A DNA stretch of 64,000 bases. Origin: an uncultured SAR86 cluster bacterium (GTDB lineage Bacteria; Pseudomonadota; Gammaproteobacteria; Magnimaribacterales; AG-339-G14). The notes beneath the pieces were generated by a model. That model did no database searches and was not told the origin of the DNA. It saw nothing but the letters and a program-made list of their open reading frames with translations. The stretch is from assembly GCA_902578495.1 (NCBI GenBank), contig CACHCY010000003.1, positions 32,337 through 96,336 of the forward strand. Reading direction: 5' to 3'. Position numbers and translations under genes: made by a program. This document shows, piece after piece, positions 50,378 to 59,828 of the stretch; positions within the stretch are counted from its first letter, which is position 1, and every line of letters begins with the position of its first letter.

Positions 50378-51288
50378 TGTTAAGTAGAAGCGCAAAACAT
50401 TTGTATTACCTTGCCCGATATGTAGAAAGAGCTGAAAATATTGCAAGAATGATTGATGTAAATCTTGAGTTAATTTTAGATTTTCCTGACGATCATTCTT
50501 TAAACTGGAAACCTCTTATCGATACTTTAGAAATTAATGAATTATTTGAAAGCAAATATAAAAATTATAATGAAAACAATGTTTTAAATTTTTTGTTTGA
50601 AGATAAGAAAAATCTAAGTTCTCTTAATAATTGCCTGGAGATGTCTAAATATAATATAGAAACCATAAAAGATGATTTACCTAAAACTGCCAATATAAGT
50701 CTTAATCATCTATATGATCATGTTCTTGGTCAGAAAATTTCTAAAGTTCATCAACGAAGGAAACTTCAACATATAACAAATATTGTTTCGATGACTCAAA
50801 ATTTTTTTGGCGCTATAAATGATAATCTCTCTAGAGGTTATGAGTTTGAATTTATCAGACTAGGCAGATTCGTTGAGAGAACAGACATGATATCCAGAAT
50901 TATTGATTGTTTATGTATTTCAAAAAGTTCTAAACAAACTCATGATTTTTCTACGATGGAATGGATTAGCATGCTTTCAACATTGTCAGCACAAGATGCA
51001 TTTAGAAAGGAATCTAAAGGCGAAGCGAATAGGGGAGAAGTGATAACTTTTTTACTTAAGAATGACAGTTTTCCCAGATCAGTATTTCGTAGTCTAATCA
51101 CTATTGAAGCATGTTTGAAAAATCTTCCTAAAAATACAAAGTTACTACAAATGATAAATAGGATTATCAATATTTCTGAGAGATCCAAACTACATAACTT
51201 TGATGATAGAAGACTACATTTATTTCTAGATAACCTTCAAAAAAATGTATCTAAAATTGATTCTAAGATTCACAGTACTTATTTTTAA
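50377..51288 (+). CDS. Alpha-E domain protein
   Basis: MLSR.A..LY.LARYVERAENIAR, LGRFVER.D, FPRSV; TAATG coupling to the ATP-grasp gene. Confidence 0.92.
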   Translation: MLSRSAKHLYYLARYVERAENIARMIDVNLELILDFPDDHSLNWKPLIDTLEINELFESKYKNYNENNVLNFLFEDKKNLSSLNNCLEMSKYNIETIKDDLPKTANISLNHLYDHVLGQKISKVHQRRKLQHITNIVSMTQNFFGAINDNLSRGYEFEFIRLGRFVERTDMISRIIDCLCISKSSKQTHDFSTMEWISMLSTLSAQDAFRKESKGEANRGEVITFLLKNDSFPRSVFRSLITIEACLKNLPKNTKLLQMINRIINISERSKLHNFDDRRLHLFLDNLQKNVSKIDSKIHSTYF

Positions 51289-51345
51289 AAAGTATTAGAA
51301 AAAAGATTTATTTTCGTCATAATTCAATTACTAAAGGAGAAAAAA

Positions 51346-52071
51346 ATGAGAAAAATTTTATTTTCAATATTGATTACTATTTTTTCAGTAAATATATTTT
51401 CAGATGATCATGGAATTAAACCAGGAAATGTCGTTGCTGAATTTCACTATTTTGATGTAACCGATCCAATGTCTTTTGTGGCAACAGTTGATAAATTTGA
51501 TGCATCTTCTTGTGCGCAAAACTGGAGAGAAAAATCAGGCGTAAATATTGGTCTTTATGCGCTCGCTGGCGGAAGTCATTCCCATTTAATACTGGTCGTA
51601 TACGATGATTTTGATCAAATGCAGATAGGATCCTCTATTTTTGGATCATGTCAAGAATCTGCTCAGATGATTAAAAGCATGGATGATTCTTCCAACTCTC
51701 ATATGTATTATAATTTTGTAACAGAATTAGCTCTTGAGTCAGGGGATTGGAGAACTGATACAGTTTTTGCTAACGTGGATATAAAGGTTGAATCGGGTGA
51801 AGAGGCTAAATATTTGAAAGCTTGGGTAGATTTCATGGAATCACAAGAAAGTGTGGGTTCGTTTGGAATTAACCGAATCCTCTTTGGAAACAAATACTAC
51901 ACTCATATGATCTATTTAGGTTCTAATTCCTTGAGTGAACTTACAAATTCCATGAAAACTGCATTTAGTTCGAGAGACTATCAAACTTATTTAAATAAAG
52001 TGGAAGATATTCGAACGAATGTTCAAACAAGGATGGCTCAATTTGTAAAAGCATATCCTAACGAAAGATAA
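51346..52071 (+). CDS. Unknown secreted protein, paralogue C
   Basis: SD AAGGAG, signal peptide ending ...FS-DDH, paralogous motifs. Confidence 0.8.
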   Translation: MRKILFSILITIFSVNIFSDDHGIKPGNVVAEFHYFDVTDPMSFVATVDKFDASSCAQNWREKSGVNIGLYALAGGSHSHLILVVYDDFDQMQIGSSIFGSCQESAQMIKSMDDSSNSHMYYNFVTELALESGDWRTDTVFANVDIKVESGEEAKYLKAWVDFMESQESVGSFGINRILFGNKYYTHMIYLGSNSLSELTNSMKTAFSSRDYQTYLNKVEDIRTNVQTRMAQFVKAYPNER

Positions 52072-52084
52072 GGATGATATTGAT

Positions 52085-52116
52085 AAAAAATACCCGATTT
52101 ACTCGGGTATTTTTTT
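52085..52116. terminator. Bidirectional intrinsic terminator
   Basis: AAAAAATACCCGA-TTTAC-TCGGGTATTTTTTT between convergent genes. Confidence 0.88.
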
Positions 52117-52127
52117 AAATAAAATAC

Positions 52128-53045
52128 TTAGAAAGATTCACTGAAAAGTGATTTTAGATTTTGATCTTCTTTTATCTTTGACTTTAAAATTGTTTTACCT
52201 TTATCCAATATTTCATGATCATAGTTGATGATTGAATTTTTAAAACTTTTTTTAGCTTTCACCCTTTTGTAATAATCTTCAAGAAAAGGTTTATCTCTAA
52301 ATAATATTTCGTCCCAGCCGACTTCTTCAATTCTATGAAGAATAACCGCCCAACTAATGTCTGCTAAGGTAAATGAATTATTTATAATCCAATCTTCTTC
52401 TTTTATCTTTAAATGATTATTTAGTTCAAGTAGGTGATTGTTAATATTCTTTAATGATCTTTTAATTAACCTTCTGATAGGAGAACTACTCGAGAAAGCT
52501 TTATATCCAAACATCTTAAGAATAATAAAAAGGAAAACTCTTATTTTTAACGGATGATTTATTAAACCAAAAACTATTTTGTTGAAATTTATATACTTAA
52601 TCATTGAAGCAAAAAGTGGGAAGGTCAAAGCACCTATACAGTTTCCTGCATAGATATCCTGATTTTCCATTGGATCTCCTACCATGGATGATTTTTTTAC
52701 CCAATAATCCATTGTTTTTTTATCATTTTCTACAGAAGGAATGATAAAACTTGAAGAAGACTCTTTAGTTAAATAGTAAATTTGCTCATGCGATTCATAA
52801 ATTGGATAACCTTCATGAAGTAAAACTGGGACAGTCGCACCAGGATTAATTCTTAAAAAATTTTTTGATGCTACTTCATATTTACCGGTTTCTATTAAGT
52901 CTATATGCTCCTGTTTATATTCTATTTCTAATTCTTCAAGACATAATCGAACTTTACGAGAACAAAGCGAGAAGCAATTATGATAGAGAATCCATTTTTC
53001 ATCTGTATCAATAACTTTAAAACTTTGTTTTCCTTCTTTATCCAC
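52128..53045 (-). CDS. Glutathione S-transferase family protein
   Basis: LYH..FSLCSRKVRL.L.E, INP.ATVPVL...IYES, FTLADI. Confidence 0.87.
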   Translation of the reverse strand: MDKEGKQSFKVIDTDEKWILYHNCFSLCSRKVRLCLEELEIEYKQEHIDLIETGKYEVASKNFLRINPGATVPVLLHEGYPIYESHEQIYYLTKESSSSFIIPSVENDKKTMDYWVKKSSMVGDPMENQDIYAGNCIGALTFPLFASMIKYINFNKIVFGLINHPLKIRVFLFIILKMFGYKAFSSSSPIRRLIKRSLKNINNHLLELNNHLKIKEEDWIINNSFTLADISWAVILHRIEEVGWDEILFRDKPFLEDYYKRVKAKKSFKNSIINYDHEILDKGKTILKSKIKEDQNLKSLFSESF

Positions 53046-54609
53046 GTTTTATTTTTTTCCTGGATAAATAAATTAGGAAAATCACCAACAAGATAAACAA
53101 GATTGCATAGGTTTTATTTGCTAACAATAAAATCCATATAAATATAAGAGTTCCGATAATAGGGGAGGGCTTTTCTACCAATTCAAAATCATAATTTAAC
53201 CAAGGAGTTCCACTCTCTTCAAATAACATTCTATCCCCGTGAAGATAAAGATAACTTGCATCAGGATATCCTTGGAGATTTCTTTTGGGAATTTTATTGA
53301 GAGTTTCCTTCATTCGATCAAAAATATCAGGATAATCTTTTGATAAATCATACTCTTCAAGTGGGTCCTCTATGATATTAAATAATTCATAGTAATTAAC
53401 CGAGTTACTTCCAGCTGGACCTTTTTTAAAGTAAAGCTTCCAATCTTCATTGAATAAGGCAATTTCTTCAAAAGCTACACTGGCAGCTAAAACTGAATTT
53501 TGTGGTTTATCAATAGTTCGTTTAAGCAAAGAGTCCCATCTACTGGTACCTTCAAAAAAACTAATTTCATAATCGATTTCAGCTGCACTCAATAAAGTTG
53601 GTAAGACATCCTGTATGAAAAAAAACTGATTAGAAGATTCATTTTTAAATTTACCTTCCCACATCATAAATGCTGGAACCCTTATACCTCCTTCATATGC
53701 TGATCCTTTACTACCTTTTAATCCTCCACTGCTTCCTTTAGCATTCAATAATTCTGGAACAACTACTGCTCCAATTGGATCAATGTCAAAGACAGGACCA
53801 TTGTCACTAAAAAAAAGTATCAGGGTATTTGACGAAAGCTTTTCATCTTTTATGCTATCGATGATTCTCCCAATTTGTTTATCAAGAATACTAATATTTG
53901 CTGCATAAATTCTTTCTTTTGGATCATCAATATATCCAAACCTTTCTATGTTCTCATAAGGAGCTTGAATAGGGGTGTGAGGAGCATTGAAAGCTACATA
54001 TAAGAGTAAAGGTTTGTTATTTTGTTTATTTTGTATGACTTTTATTGCTTCGTTCGCAATTAAGTCTGTTGAATAACCTTCTTCTCTTAAAGGCACACCA
54101 TTCTTATGCCAATCAAGTCTTCCTGACATTGTATGGTTAAAATAATCGATCCCTCCATTCATAAAACCATAGGTTGTATCAAAACCTCTTTGACCTGGTA
54201 AATATTCTTTAGAGTTCATTCCTAAGTGCCATTTTCCAACTAAAGCTGTTTGGTATCCCGCTTCTTTGAAATACTCAGGTAGTATTTTGTACTCAAGTGG
54301 AAGCCCCGTGGGACTTGTAGAAGGATTACTAATTGGTCTTAGAATTCCTACAGAATATGCTTCAAGCCCTGTCATTAAGGACGCTCTTGTAGGACTACAA
54401 ATTGGATTTGAATAAAATCGATTTAACTCCAAACCCTCATTCACGAACCTATCTATGTTCGGGGTTGGAATAATGCTTTCATGGTATGAAACGTCGCCCC
54501 AACCCAAATCATCAGAAACAATAATGACAATATTTGGCTTTTCGTATGGAAAAATAGAATTAGAAAAAAAAAGGAAACAGAAAAGTGTAAACCCTAAATT
54601 TTTAACCAA
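53038..54609 (-). CDS. Formylglycine-type arylsulfatase with C-terminal TM region
   Basis: PNIV.IVSDDLG, CSPTRASLMTG, GKWHLG, APHTP, SDNG, YEGG.RVP. Confidence 0.92.
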   Translation of the reverse strand: MVKNLGFTLFCFLFFSNSIFPYEKPNIVIIVSDDLGWGDVSYHESIIPTPNIDRFVNEGLELNRFYSNPICSPTRASLMTGLEAYSVGILRPISNPSTSPTGLPLEYKILPEYFKEAGYQTALVGKWHLGMNSKEYLPGQRGFDTTYGFMNGGIDYFNHTMSGRLDWHKNGVPLREEGYSTDLIANEAIKVIQNKQNNKPLLLYVAFNAPHTPIQAPYENIERFGYIDDPKERIYAANISILDKQIGRIIDSIKDEKLSSNTLILFFSDNGPVFDIDPIGAVVVPELLNAKGSSGGLKGSKGSAYEGGIRVPAFMMWEGKFKNESSNQFFFIQDVLPTLLSAAEIDYEISFFEGTSRWDSLLKRTIDKPQNSVLAASVAFEEIALFNEDWKLYFKKGPAGSNSVNYYELFNIIEDPLEEYDLSKDYPDIFDRMKETLNKIPKRNLQGYPDASYLYLHGDRMLFEESGTPWLNYDFELVEKPSPIIGTLIFIWILLLANKTYAILFILLVIFLIYLSRKKIKRG

Positions 54610-55462
54610 TTGACTCTAAAAAGTTAGCTAAATTTTTTCCTATTTGATCGGGAGAGGTTTCTTGAATAAAGTGATTTCCTTTAACCGTGACTTCTGAAAG
54701 ATTTTTCCAAGTTCGTACAAATTCCCTTTGATCACCAATAAGTATTGATCCAGGATCAGCATTAATAAAAAGTTTAGGAATATCAGAATCTTTGTGAAAA
54801 TCAGCATTTTTTTGTACCTCATCAACAACCTCAGGAGGTTCTCCCTCTAGAGGAATTTGTCTTGGCCAAGTAAGAGTAGGGCGCCTACTTTCTCCACTCT
54901 CAATAAAGGGCCTTCTATATTCATTTTTATCATCTTCAGAAAGACTTGGTGCGTCCAAAAATAAAATCTTCTCAACAAAATAATTCTTTTCAAGAATTAA
55001 CTCTTCACCTGCTTCAGATCTATAGAGACCAAAGATTTTTCTTGCCATTTCGGGCCATTGATCCCAAACCATAGGCATTACAATTGCTTCCATGAAGGTT
55101 ATGGATTTTATTCTCTCAGAATTTTCTCTTGCAAATTGAAAACCCATAGCAGATCCCCAATCATGTATGACTAAATGAATATTATTTCCAAGATTTATTT
55201 CTTCTAATAAAGAAGTTAAATAATCATATTGACCATGGTATTTGTAATCAGGATCATCTGCGTTGTTTAGTTTTTCTGAGTCTCCCATACCAATAAGATC
55301 GGGTATTACTATTCTTCCTAATCCTTCTACATGCGGAGCTATATTTCTCCACAAATAGGAAGATGTAGGATTTCCATGTAAAAAAACTATTGGGTCTCCT
55401 TGACCTTGGTCAACATAGGCCATTTCTTTACCTTTAATATTAATATATTTTTTAGGATACAT
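54602..55462 (-). CDS. Haloalkane dehalogenase, LinB/DhaA-like (HLD-II)
   Basis: HGNPTSSYLWRN, IHDWGS, FMEA, RRPTLTWPRQIP, G.HFIQE. Start set at ATG 55462. Confidence 0.9.
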   Translation of the reverse strand: MYPKKYINIKGKEMAYVDQGQGDPIVFLHGNPTSSYLWRNIAPHVEGLGRIVIPDLIGMGDSEKLNNADDPDYKYHGQYDYLTSLLEEINLGNNIHLVIHDWGSAMGFQFARENSERIKSITFMEAIVMPMVWDQWPEMARKIFGLYRSEAGEELILEKNYFVEKILFLDAPSLSEDDKNEYRRPFIESGESRRPTLTWPRQIPLEGEPPEVVDEVQKNADFHKDSDIPKLFINADPGSILIGDQREFVRTWKNLSEVTVKGNHFIQETSPDQIGKNLANFLESIG

Positions 55463-55464
55463 TT

Positions 55465-55836
55465 TTAAACTAACGCTACTGCCATCATAATAAGAATAAT
55501 TGTCGCAGGAAGCCAAACTAGCGTTCTTATGATGCCTATTCCGGCCATATATAAAGCTCCATGGGCTACTCTTAGTATTAACCACCACATTGCTAAACCG
55601 CTAATATCTACTTCAGCAGCAATAGACCAAACTGCCAAGGCAAGAAAAATTGGAAGTGTTTCTTTCAAGTTATCTTTTGCCTTCGTAGCCCTGGAAAGCA
55701 TTAAAGAGGGCGGATGTTCAGGTTCATTATCTCTATTAGAAATTTGCCAATTTACATTTTTTGAATTCAACATCATTGGTATAAGCCAAATTTGAAATAA
55801 GGCCAACAGTAAAGTAAATCCTATTATCATTTCCAT
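55465..55836 (-). CDS. MAPEG family membrane protein
   Basis: RA.KA..NL.ETLPIF, R.AH..LY.AG....RT. Confidence 0.82.
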   Translation of the reverse strand: MEMIIGFTLLLALFQIWLIPMMLNSKNVNWQISNRDNEPEHPPSLMLSRATKAKDNLKETLPIFLALAVWSIAAEVDISGLAMWWLILRVAHGALYMAGIGIIRTLVWLPATIILIMMAVALV

Positions 55837-55934
55837 AATTTTCTCCTTCTTATGACTTAAGTATAAGTTATTTTTTTTAATAAATTAAAGCAGTTTTCAA
55901 TTTACTATTTTTCCTTATAGTCTATGATCATTTA

Positions 55935-56936
55935 ATGAAAATTATTCATTTTCTATTCCTTTTTCTTCTTTCTATTAATTTATATTCAAGCCAAGAGATA
56001 CTTACCTTAGGTTTTGGCTCTTGTCTTCATCAAGACCGTAGCATGGCTATTCTAAAGACTATAGAAAAGAAAGAATTGGATCTATTTATGTTTATTGGAG
56101 ATAACGTCTATGGAGATCAAAAGGATGGAGAATTAGATAAACTTATTAGAACTTACAAGCAACAACGCTCTAATTTAGAAGATTTTTTAATAAATGTAAA
56201 AACAGAGTTTGTTTGGGATGATCATGATTTTGGATTAAATGATGGTGGTTCTAATTATCGTTACAAAGATAAAGCAAAAGATCTTTTCTTAGAAACTTGG
56301 CAAATTCCTTCTAACGATCCCCGCAGACTAAGAGATGGTCTCTATTTCGATAAAATGATCAAAAAAAATGGTCTTAAGGTTCATTTGATCTTCTTAGATA
56401 ACAGATCGTTTAAATCCGAATGGAAATTAACAGATGAATTCAACAAAGAAGGAAAAGAGAGATATATCGAAGATTTCAATCCTGAAAAGTCATTGTTAGG
56501 GAAAGATCAGTGGAAATGGCTCAAGGACAAATTAATAGTTGATAGCGATATAAAAATTATCTTATCTAGTTTGCAGATTTTGAGTTTAGGGCATGGATGG
56601 GAATCATGGGATAAATTTCCCTTAGAAAGACAGAGATTATTTAATTTAATAGACGAATCTAATTTTTCTAATCTTTTCATACTTTCTGGAGATAGACATA
56701 GAGGAGGTTTTTATCAGTTTAAGACAGTTGGTAATAACAATATTTATGAATTCACATCCAGTTCATTGAATTTACCAATACCATTCAATACAGAGGAAGA
56801 AGGCCCACTGAGGATTGGTCCAACCTACAGAAAAGCTAATTTTGGTGTTATTCGTATTTTTGAAGACAAAGTAATTATGGAACTCACTTCAAACAAGGGA
56901 AAGGTAGTAAATTCTTTAAACGTTAAAATTTATTAA
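55935..56936 (+). CDS. PhoD-family metallophosphatase
   Basis: FGSC, GDNVYGD, WDDHDFG.ND, LD.R.F, LG..QW.WL, LSGDRH. Confidence 0.9.
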   Translation: MKIIHFLFLFLLSINLYSSQEILTLGFGSCLHQDRSMAILKTIEKKELDLFMFIGDNVYGDQKDGELDKLIRTYKQQRSNLEDFLINVKTEFVWDDHDFGLNDGGSNYRYKDKAKDLFLETWQIPSNDPRRLRDGLYFDKMIKKNGLKVHLIFLDNRSFKSEWKLTDEFNKEGKERYIEDFNPEKSLLGKDQWKWLKDKLIVDSDIKIILSSLQILSLGHGWESWDKFPLERQRLFNLIDESNFSNLFILSGDRHRGGFYQFKTVGNNNIYEFTSSSLNLPIPFNTEEEGPLRIGPTYRKANFGVIRIFEDKVIMELTSNKGKVVNSLNVKIY

Positions 56937-56981
56937 TATTATATATATTCGTATAATATATATTATGTAAAGTAATAAATA

Positions 56982-57470
56982 TTAATCAATCTCCATATAA
57001 ACGACCGAATACCCTTCTTTTATAGTGCTTTCAATGATTTCAGAAAATCCATGTTTTTTATGAAAGTTAATAGATAGCTCATTAGGTGGATCAATATTTA
57101 CCTCTGCACATATTGGTATATTGAAAAAATCTCTAAATGATAATAATTTCTTATAGAGAGTGCTTCCGATGCCTGAAGACTGATATTCATTAACTACTGC
57201 AATTCGATCAATATAGAAAAATCTCTTATGTCTTTTTTGAAAAAATTTATAATTGATGGAATGATATTTAGTATTTTCTCTAAGACAAATAACAAAACCC
57301 AAACATATACCCTTCTTTATAATTCCATAAGAAATATCTGATATTTTTATTAAATTTATAAATTCCTCTAAAGATACAGATCCAACTTTAGGAACTTGTT
57401 GTTGATTGATTTCGTAGAATGATGAAAAGATTTCTACGTCTTGATTAATTTTTAAATTAATTAACTCCAA
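56982..57470 (-). CDS. GNAT-family acetyltransferase
   Basis: Y.S.NY.FF, YIDRIAV...Q..GIG, EVN.DPPN..S..FH...GF. Confidence 0.82.
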   Translation of the reverse strand: MELINLKINQDVEIFSSFYEINQQQVPKVGSVSLEEFINLIKISDISYGIIKKGICLGFVICLRENTKYHSINYKFFQKRHKRFFYIDRIAVVNEYQSSGIGSTLYKKLLSFRDFFNIPICAEVNIDPPNELSINFHKKHGFSEIIESTIKEGYSVVYMEID

Positions 57471-57472
57471 AT

Positions 57473-58438
57473 TTAAGATCTTGGAAATAAACTAAGCAAA
57501 AATTCTGAAGTAGGATTTTTCAATATTTCTTTCACCGTTTCTTCATACAATGCATGAGACAAGGGTAAAAGGGATTGCATTTCTGATTCACTATTAATAG
57601 TCCATTCAGGTGCAGAATTTGGAAGAAGATCTTTCTTAATATCCCATCCAGTAATAATCATCCAGTAAGCAAATTCTTGAACAATTATTCTTCCATAAAT
57701 CTCTGAATCATTTTTAATGTCATCATACGAAGAAACATCATAATAGCCTTCAGAAATTGCTTCTTGCATAGCTAAATAAACATCTGAACAGGCATCTGTA
57801 TAAGAATACTTCTCTGGAAATATGTAATTAAATCCAAGGACAGTAATCGTATGAAGAATATGTTCTATTACTTCATTAACTTGGCCTGATTTATCAATAG
57901 GTTTACTCTCCCCTATTACATCAACATTAGGATTATTGTCGTGGGTATTGTCAAATCCTGGATAATTTCTTTCATCAAAAGCACGATCTCCAGAATAATC
58001 ATCATATTCGCCATAGATGATCCTTTGAAGAACACTTTTATCATCCATTTTGTTAATAAGATCTGCGGTCCAAGATGATTTCATGCCATCGTCTCCACCC
58101 AGAAGCTCTCTGTATGTTTGAGCAACTTTATATACAAAATCATTACTTACATCATCCATTCCAGCAAAGATTATTCCTTCATAATCAATAATTTTGTCAT
58201 AAGGAGGATATTGATTACTTGATATAGGCTGAGTTAATGGGTCAAGAGATCTTGAAAAGGAAATATTTGGAGCAGTTATATTATTAGCAGTACAGGTTGA
58301 AGAATTTGATGAACCTGAATTGCTGATTGGATTTCCTCCATCAGACGGTGGTTCAATACCTCCATCACCTCCTCCTCCGCATGAGAATAGAATAATTACT
58401 AATGAGATAAACAGGTATGATTTTTTTAACTTAGACAT
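57473..58438 (-). CDS. Hypothetical lipoprotein with zincin-like motif
   Basis: LFSC-GGGG lipobox, Ser/Gly linker, EVIEHILH and downstream QEFAYW. Start set at ATG 58438. Confidence 0.65.
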   Translation of the reverse strand: MSKLKKSYLFISLVIILFSCGGGGDGGIEPPSDGGNPISNSGSSNSSTCTANNITAPNISFSRSLDPLTQPISSNQYPPYDKIIDYEGIIFAGMDDVSNDFVYKVAQTYRELLGGDDGMKSSWTADLINKMDDKSVLQRIIYGEYDDYSGDRAFDERNYPGFDNTHDNNPNVDVIGESKPIDKSGQVNEVIEHILHTITVLGFNYIFPEKYSYTDACSDVYLAMQEAISEGYYDVSSYDDIKNDSEIYGRIIVQEFAYWMIITGWDIKKDLLPNSAPEWTINSESEMQSLLPLSHALYEETVKEILKNPTSEFLLSLFPRS

Positions 58439-58850
58439 TCTTTGAGGGAATAACTGTTTCAATATTTAATTGCCCTTTTAATCCAGCAACTCTGTGTTGT
58501 GCACTTTTTATATAATCTGGATCAGAAATCATATCTAACATTGCTTTCCTGTTTGGATAAGTAGCTATCGCAACAGAATCCCAAAGTTCTTCCACTTCGC
58601 CCAACATTAATCTTTTTACATCAGCTCCAAATATAGCCTTTGCCCCTACTTTAGCTAGATGATGTTGTACCTCTTCAGAATAAATAGCATAAGCCTCTCT
58701 TCCCGATAAATCTGTTTCTCTTTTATCTGGATATTCAGCTTTATCTTTAAACTTGAGAAGATTCACCATATAGATTGGCTCATCATTCCCTGTTTCAAGA
58801 AATTCTGCCATTTGATCATCGTTTGGCATTACTTTATTTTCAAATTTCAT
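58431..58850 (-). CDS. DUF1330 family protein
   Basis: PIYMVNLLKF, SGREAY..Y, WD.VAI..YP, HR.AGL. Confidence 0.82.
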   Translation of the reverse strand: MKFENKVMPNDDQMAEFLETGNDEPIYMVNLLKFKDKAEYPDKRETDLSGREAYAIYSEEVQHHLAKVGAKAIFGADVKRLMLGEVEELWDSVAIATYPNRKAMLDMISDPDYIKSAQHRVAGLKGQLNIETVIPSKNV

Positions 58851-59821
58851 CAGACAGCTTGCTTAAGTTTTGATTGAATAATTTCTTCAGCTTCATTTAC
58901 TATCCTGTCAATAAGTTCTTTTACACTAGGGATGTCATAGACCAAACCTGCAACCATGCCGCACGACCAAGCTCCAGCATCCATATCACCGTCCATCATG
59001 ATTGTTGGATAGACTCCTGCAACTTCATCAACAATATCTGAGAATGTTAGCTTATCTCCAAGAGCTTTTTCTTTTTCCATCAATCTATCAACTGCAGGAT
59101 TTGCTAATACTCTCTCGGTGTTAGTAAGAGACCTCATAATTAACCTTGTATCTAATTCAGAAGCATTTACGATAGCTTTTTTAACGTTTTCATGAACAGG
59201 AGCTTCTTCAGTTGCTATGAATCTTGTTCCCATATTCATTCCCTCTGCTCCTAGAGCCATAGCTGCAACTAAACTTCTCGCGTCAGCCATTCCTCCAGAG
59301 GCTACAAAAGGAATTTCTAGTTCGTCTGCTGCTCTAGGCAACAAAATAAAATTAGGAATATCGTCTTCGCCTGGATGGCCTCCGCATTCAAATCCATCAA
59401 CAGATATAGCATCACACCCAACGCTTTGGGCTTTCAAAGAATGTCTTACAGATGTGCACTTATGAATAACTTTAATCCCAGCGTCTTTTAAGGCAGGCAT
59501 ATATTCAGCAGGACTCCTTCCAGCTGTTTCTACTATTTTAACTCCACCTTCAATAATAACTTTAATAAGGCCTGGATAGTCTGGTGGTGTTAACGAAGGT
59601 AAAAAAGTTAGATTCACACCAAAAGGTTTATCGGTCATATCCTTACATTTTGCTATTTCATTTGCTAACTTTTCTGGAGTACCTTGAGTAAGACCAGTGA
59701 TTATTCCTAAGCCACCAGCATTCGATACAGCAGCTGCCAATTCAGCAAATCCAACATAGTGCATACCACCTTGAATAATGGGATGCTCTATATCAAAAAG
59801 TTCAGTAATTTTTGTTTTCAT
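58850..59821 (-). CDS. Nitronate monooxygenase/FabK-family flavoprotein 1
   Basis: PIIQGGM, AVSNAGGLG, PFGVN, ECGGHPG, ASGG.AD, MGTRF. Confidence 0.9.
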   Translation of the reverse strand: MKTKITELFDIEHPIIQGGMHYVGFAELAAAVSNAGGLGIITGLTQGTPEKLANEIAKCKDMTDKPFGVNLTFLPSLTPPDYPGLIKVIIEGGVKIVETAGRSPAEYMPALKDAGIKVIHKCTSVRHSLKAQSVGCDAISVDGFECGGHPGEDDIPNFILLPRAADELEIPFVASGGMADARSLVAAMALGAEGMNMGTRFIATEEAPVHENVKKAIVNASELDTRLIMRSLTNTERVLANPAVDRLMEKEKALGDKLTFSDIVDEVAGVYPTIMMDGDMDAGAWSCGMVAGLVYDIPSVKELIDRIVNEAEEIIQSKLKQAV

Positions 59822-59828
59822 AACTCTC

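Noticed and set aside
54602-55462. Possible Renilla-type luciferase
   Set aside because: HLD-II enzymes share this fold; nothing in the sequence or context points to luminescence.
55463-55588. N-terminal extension of the haloalkane dehalogenase given by the track (likewise 46083-46118, 58439-58462, 50359-50376)
   Set aside because: Three overlap upstream genes and one precedes a clear SD; downstream ATGs give normal N-termini with coupling or SD support.
56930-56985. AT-only quasi-palindromic tract between the PhoD-like and GNAT genes
   Set aside because: Low complexity; no defined repeat unit or GC stem.
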